Source: Bugula neritina (Eukaryota > Animalia > Bryozoa). Taken from it: DNA of 26,405 nucleotides. The translations under genes and the position numbers were made by a program. This document shows, piece after piece, positions 21,874-26,405 of this stretch; position 1 is the first letter of the stretch, and every line of letters begins with the position of its first letter. The notes under the pieces were generated by a model. That model saw only the letters and a list, made by a program, of their open reading frames with translations, was not told the DNA's origin and ran no database searches. The DNA lies in NCBI GenBank assembly GCA_964035545.1, contig CAXIUT010000050.1, positions 1 through 26,405 of the forward strand, given 5' to 3'.

Positions 21874-23471
21874 TCACAAATACTTGGATGTAACTGCTTT
21901 CATAAAGAGTTTTAAGTTGGCTAGTTCTTCTGTCTAGATCCAATCTTGCAAATCTTCAAGATCTTTTTTCTTTGACCAGGCCAAATAGTGAGAAAAGTCA
22001 ACAGAAATTTGTTCTTCTGACTCGAACAATCTATTAACTAAAAACAGAATAATCACTCTCACTAAACTTTAGGTTAGTTTTCTACTAAGCTTTCTATTAC
22101 CCTTGGCTGCGGATAAACTTTTTCTTCCGATTTAGAACATTTCAGAGAGAGTTCCTCTATATGCGCTGTATAAATAACTTTGTACATTTTAACATCTTCA
22201 AAATTCTATGGAATTTCTTCAATGAAAAAGGGATTATTTTCTTTGTTATGTTTTACATTCAGATAAGCATTTTTGTATATCATATACAATATTTTATGTT
22301 TTCTTTATAGTTTATCTTTAACTGAATTTAAAGCAGATGAGTTTCTTACTTGCTGCCACTCTTCAGGATCAATTTTAAAGTTAGGTTCTTTCTTACCATA
22401 AGATATATCTAGTAAGTCTCTGCATTTCAATAGACCCACTTTTAGAACAGCAAATTGACTCCTATAACGAAGTTCTTCTGTATAAATCTAAGGACATTCT
22501 AGTAGGAATAATTCAGCCGTTTCTTAAATAAAGTCTAAAATAATTTATTCTTTATGAAGAATCTTTGAACAAGGGAACTTATACATTTTACTCAAGAAGA
22601 TAGAAGATTCCTTTCCTGTTTCTTGAATGACTTCCAGCATTTCTGGATCAATCTGATTGGGGAAAAATCCTTCGAGCAAAGGGTGCTGCTTAATTTGAGA
22701 GACACTTAATCGCTTAGAGGGGTTTTGATGGAACATTTTTCTAAAAAAATCTTATAAGTGTTTATTTCCTTTTAATGGAGGAGCATAGAAGTTAGTATGT
22801 TAAATTTCTTTGCTGAATCTAAAACCTTCTCCACATTTTTGATCAAACTATTCTTTGAAGGCAGCTTCACTTTCTCCTTTGAATTTAAAGGGATATTAGT
22901 GGACAAGTAAGAAGAATAACAATACTCCTGCAGCCCAGATATCAACTTAATAGCCATAGCCATCATCTGAGAAGAAGTCAGGAGCTAGGAAAGATGCACA
23001 TCCGACAGTTTAAAACATTCTTTCTTTTCTCTTGACAAACTGACTCAGAGAAAAGTCATACAGATAAGGTTAATTATTTTTGATTCTAACTTTCTAGGGA
23101 CGAACATTGCGATAAACTATTTTGTTAGAATGTAGTTCATCAAGTATTTAAATTAATCTTGCGAAGAAGGGTAGTGCCTGTTGGAGTTGTAGCACATGAC
23201 CTGCCCGACTATGAGCCAGTTGTAGAAGATCCATCTCGATAAATTAAGAAATAAAGTATTTGCTTTACTCTTATTCGAACTCTTAGACCAGGGAAACGAG
23301 ATGAGAGCACTTGCTTAGTTTTTTTCTAACTCTGAAAGTGTACTAATCTGAGTCGTTTATGGACTCGAACTAATGCATGAGATAGAATTTTCCATCCTTA
23401 GAAACCTTGTAGATAGAGCAGTTATCGGTCGGCATATCTATAACCTGTTCTTGTTTGTAGCCTCGTATCAT
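21874..23471 (-). CDS. Protein kinase-fold pseudokinase with C-terminal helical extension (intron 22166-22185)
   Basis: LHSNKIVYRNVRPEK, YDFSLS, VGCASFLAPD, VDIWAAGV, YPF and NPSKRLS..HP. Catalytic residues are altered. Confidence 0.88.
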
Positions 23472-23692
23472 GAGAAAGAAAACAAAATAAAATCAATGAT
23501 ATAAATAATGATATTAATAGAAGATATATTAGCAGTAGCGTTATGACCTTTGACAAAATAGTTATCTAGTATTTATTCATATTCAAATAATATTCTTCTC
23601 TATCAAATTGAGATAAATAATTGATGATGTGGAATATTGGTTTTCAGGTCAAATGATAGATAAATAGCAAGTTTTTTAGATCTTATAATCAA

Positions 23693-24066
23693 TCACAATT
23701 ACTGTTAGGGATAGTAGTTAGGTTATTTCTATCCTTAGCTTTTTCCTTTATCTTTGATTACTGCTTCTACCAATTCTTACAAAGAGAGTCCATCTTTATT
23801 TTTGTCAAATGTTTTGATAAATTTCAAAGTTCCGTCAATAAACTTGGGGTCAATATCAATACCTTGAAAAGCTCTAAGATAATCCAGTTCATAATAATCT
23901 TTCAACTCTTGGTCATTGAGAAGACCATCAAAATCTCCATCGAATCGTTCAAAAGCTAAATAGAAAGAAGCAAACATATCGCGACTTGTTATTTGTTTTT
24001 GGGGTTATAAGCCAAACACAATGATACCATTACGATCAGACATACGATTGATTGTAGTTTAATCAT
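23693..24066 (-). CDS. Signal-peptide, two-EF-hand protein ending EQEL, probably ER-luminal (intron 23956-23975)
   Basis: Leader MIKLQSIVCLIVMVSLCLA, joined by a 20-nt intron to FDGDFDGLLNDQEL and FDKNKDGLSLEEL. Ends in TGA 23693-23695. Confidence 0.85.
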
Positions 24067-24190
24067 CTTATTATTATGTTTGATTTTGATATACTGTGTA
24101 ATATCACACGTATATATTCAAGTAAGTCAATTTTGATATACTATGATATAAAATAAATGTCAATAAAGGCAGTTTTGTCAATCAATGGTG

Positions 24191-24685
24191 TCAAATTTTA
24201 GCAAAATTTTGTTTCCAAGGCTTTTTCATATCTTTCTATCGACTTGTACTTTTTCTTTACAATGAACGGGTCTTACTCAACTTCAGTCGTCCTCTTTCAA
24301 CCACCTTACCAACTATCTATTCAGCTTGTTATTCTTCTATTTCTTCTACAAAAAGAATTTGCATTTTCTAATTAAGTAATTGCATATTTCCCCTCAGCCT
24401 TTGTAGAATCTTTTCAGTCGATTCATTATTCTTTTTTAAAGATCTATCTAATGAGCATATTGTTCTGATAGGATGTGACTCGTACTAATGCTATTAGGAA
24501 TTTCTTGATGGTTAGTTTTAGGTTGTTTACTGGTTGGAGTTGGAGGTTGGGAAGGATGAAATTTTTAGTTTGATAGTTTACGAGGTAGTTGGGAAGAGAG
24601 TTTGTTTGTTTTATAATTTTTTTGTTGTCGAACTGGGAGATCTATTGCCTCATTTGTTATTAATAAACTTATTAAACTATATCAT
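24191..24685 (-). CDS. Hypothetical protein, 5' structure uncertain
   Basis: About 150-codon Glu-rich open frame ending KPWKQNFAKI-TGA. Linking it to ATG 24685 needs a 27-nt intron or bypass of a TGA. Confidence 0.5.
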
Positions 24686-24757
24686 ATGATTATCTTTAAT
24701 AGATCAAATAAGATGTTTTATAATTGTAGTATAAATTAATTTGTAATAAAATTAAGG

Positions 24758-25558
24758 ATGAATCAAGTTCTTAGGTCGAATCGAGTGCAAAAAAGAGTTA
24801 AAAAAGGAGTAGTAAATCTAGAAAGACAAGATTTCTATGTTCAACCTTAATACTTCTAATATCTCGCGCTTCGGACATTTTTTTTCAAATTATAAATGCA
24901 ACCCCTAGCGAAAATAGACTAAGAATCAGAATAATAATAACAGCAAACAATAAAGCAGTCGAGGGCACAAATCTTACCAGTAAATTAGGTTAAAACCTGA
25001 ACTTTTAGGAGGCATGTCAAATATCAAATTACCTTCTAATAAACCTCAATTCTTTTTTCTAAATCAAAAATATATCAACAACTACGATATTCTACCATCA
25101 AAAAAACTTATCAAACAAACTCCAGATAAAATGGTACACTTTTCTCAATTCATCATGACAGATATAAGACCTCAAACATCTACAGGAGTACTTCATTCTA
25201 ACAACCAAAGAAATAGATCTTTCATGAAAGCTTCACAGTCAAGAAGTACATCTAATTGCAAAAAGAATCCAGACTCTGCTAAAAAATCAAAATCTAAAAA
25301 TAGTTTTAAGTCTATTGAAGTAGCTGCTGATAGCAAATATGCTCAAATTAAGAAAATAGGGTAATCAGGACAAGGCAAGAATGTCCCAAACAATTAACTG
25401 AGCTGAAAAGACAACTATAGAGGTCGTTATCTTATCGAGGAAATATGCGAAGAGCAAAGAGTAGTGTAGAAAGAAGAGTAAAAGAAGTGAAAGACCCTCA
25501 ACCTTGGTAAACAGAAAGGTTAGATTTCATGGAATAAGATAACTATCTAATGCAATGA
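24758..25558 (+). CDS. Hypothetical basic low-complexity protein, exon structure uncertain
   Basis: Long frame at about 24762-25406 plus a coding-like segment in another frame to TGA 25556-25558. The linking introns are not securely placed. Confidence 0.45.
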
Positions 25559-25648
25559 GTCAAATTTAAATTGAAGTTACCTCATGAAGATTGTTTTTTA
25601 GGATATTGATATTTAAATTATCAAATGATTAAACTATCAATAATCAAT

Positions 25649-26266
25649 TCAAAAATTACTGCTTCTGTACCCATATTTATGCCCTACCTCCTGTATTTTA
25701 GTCATAACTGTATCACTTCGGTTACAAAAAATCAAGTATATACAAATTCTAAAGTTCAAAAGGGACTATCTAACTGTATTTGTGCATTTTCATCACATCA
25801 TGTCGAATTTCTTCATCCATCGGGTATTTAAAAGTAGGACAGGCAGTACGAATTTTAGTATACAACTATTGCATCATTGGCTCTTTTAAAATTGATGCAG
25901 AATATATTAATGATTGGAAAGATGACTGCACTTGCTAGAAATTAGTATCAATTGCATCTTTGTGATCTAGTATTGATTTACATTAAGTTTCACAGATGAA
26001 GTAAACTTTATAGAAATAGTTCTACTTTGAAGAAGGTTCTTAGTGTATGCTCCTCGATTTATCAAAGCTTGCTATGTTTTTAAACTTCTTTATCTCGGCT
26101 CTTTTTGAAAGCAATCGAACATTATTAGCTATTGTTTATGTAGTTATTGTTGCTTTTTTGCATGCTGATGCTCGCACATAAATTTGATTTTTCTAACTAA
26201 TATCAAGATAGCTCCAGATTGCTCTACTTGTTATTCTTTTTTTTGAATAGAAACACAAGCTCCCAT
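25649..26266 (-). CDS. IST1-like (ESCRT-III/Vps4 regulator) domain protein with MGACVS acylation motif (inferred introns 26006-26025, 25716-25743)
   Basis: KKQQELHKQE..IYFICETECKSIL..FQSLIYSAS..IQEVGHKYG follows the IST1 N-terminal helix pattern, with weak similarity. Confidence 0.55.
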
Positions 26267-26325
26267 GAATTAAAAAAAAACTTATATTATAACTAAAAAA
26301 ATTAATGCACTTTTTACAATCTTTA

Positions 26326-26405
26326 GGGGTTGGGGTTGGGGTTGGGGTTGGGGTTGGGGTTGGGGTTGGGGTTGGGGTTGGGGTTGGGGTTGGGGTTGGG
26401 GTTGG
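26326..26405 (+). repeat. Right telomere (GGGGTT)n
   Basis: Perfect GGGGTT repeats to the window end. Confidence 0.98.

Noticed and set aside
24640-24770. Programmed +1 frameshifting at ATGA starts of the divergent hypothetical genes
   Set aside because: Plausible short introns or downstream ATGs explain the frames, and no homology is available to test it.
497-26266. Standard ciliate code (UAR=Gln) or split code (UAA=Lys, UAG=Glu)
   Set aside because: Both codons sit at conserved Glu positions, and conserved Gln sites (SOD AAQ, ASF1 YDQ, SNARE zero layer) use CAA.
497-26266. Mass pseudogenisation suggested by frequent TAA/TAG and frameshifts
   Set aside because: Almost all resolved by codon reassignment and roughly 20-nt GT-AG introns.

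Overview
Eukaryotic, AT-rich ciliate macronuclear DNA with C4A2/T2G4 telomeric repeats. TAA and TAG fall at conserved Glu positions in many unrelated proteins and every complete gene ends in TGA, which is the peritrich nuclear code (translation table 30). The supplied ORF track is therefore fragmented and partly spurious. Manual re-translation gives about 23 tightly packed genes with tiny GT-AG introns, mostly exactly 20 nt. The window has three telomere-led segments: 1-8358, 8359-11121 and 11122-26405. Only the last is capped at both ends (about 15.3 kb, 15 genes). The first two stop inside open reading frames. Top finding: an intronless Sec23/24-type Zn-finger + vWA protein whose N-terminus is an abridged histone H3 tail that keeps K4 and K36/K37 but lacks K9 and K27. 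Also present: a bacterial-type D-Ala-D-Ala carboxypeptidase, an Rh channel with both twin-His residues replaced by Phe, a degenerate CBM20-TPS/TPP protein, a pseudokinase and a Cid1-type TUTase. All family calls are motif recognition by eye, and no searches were run.
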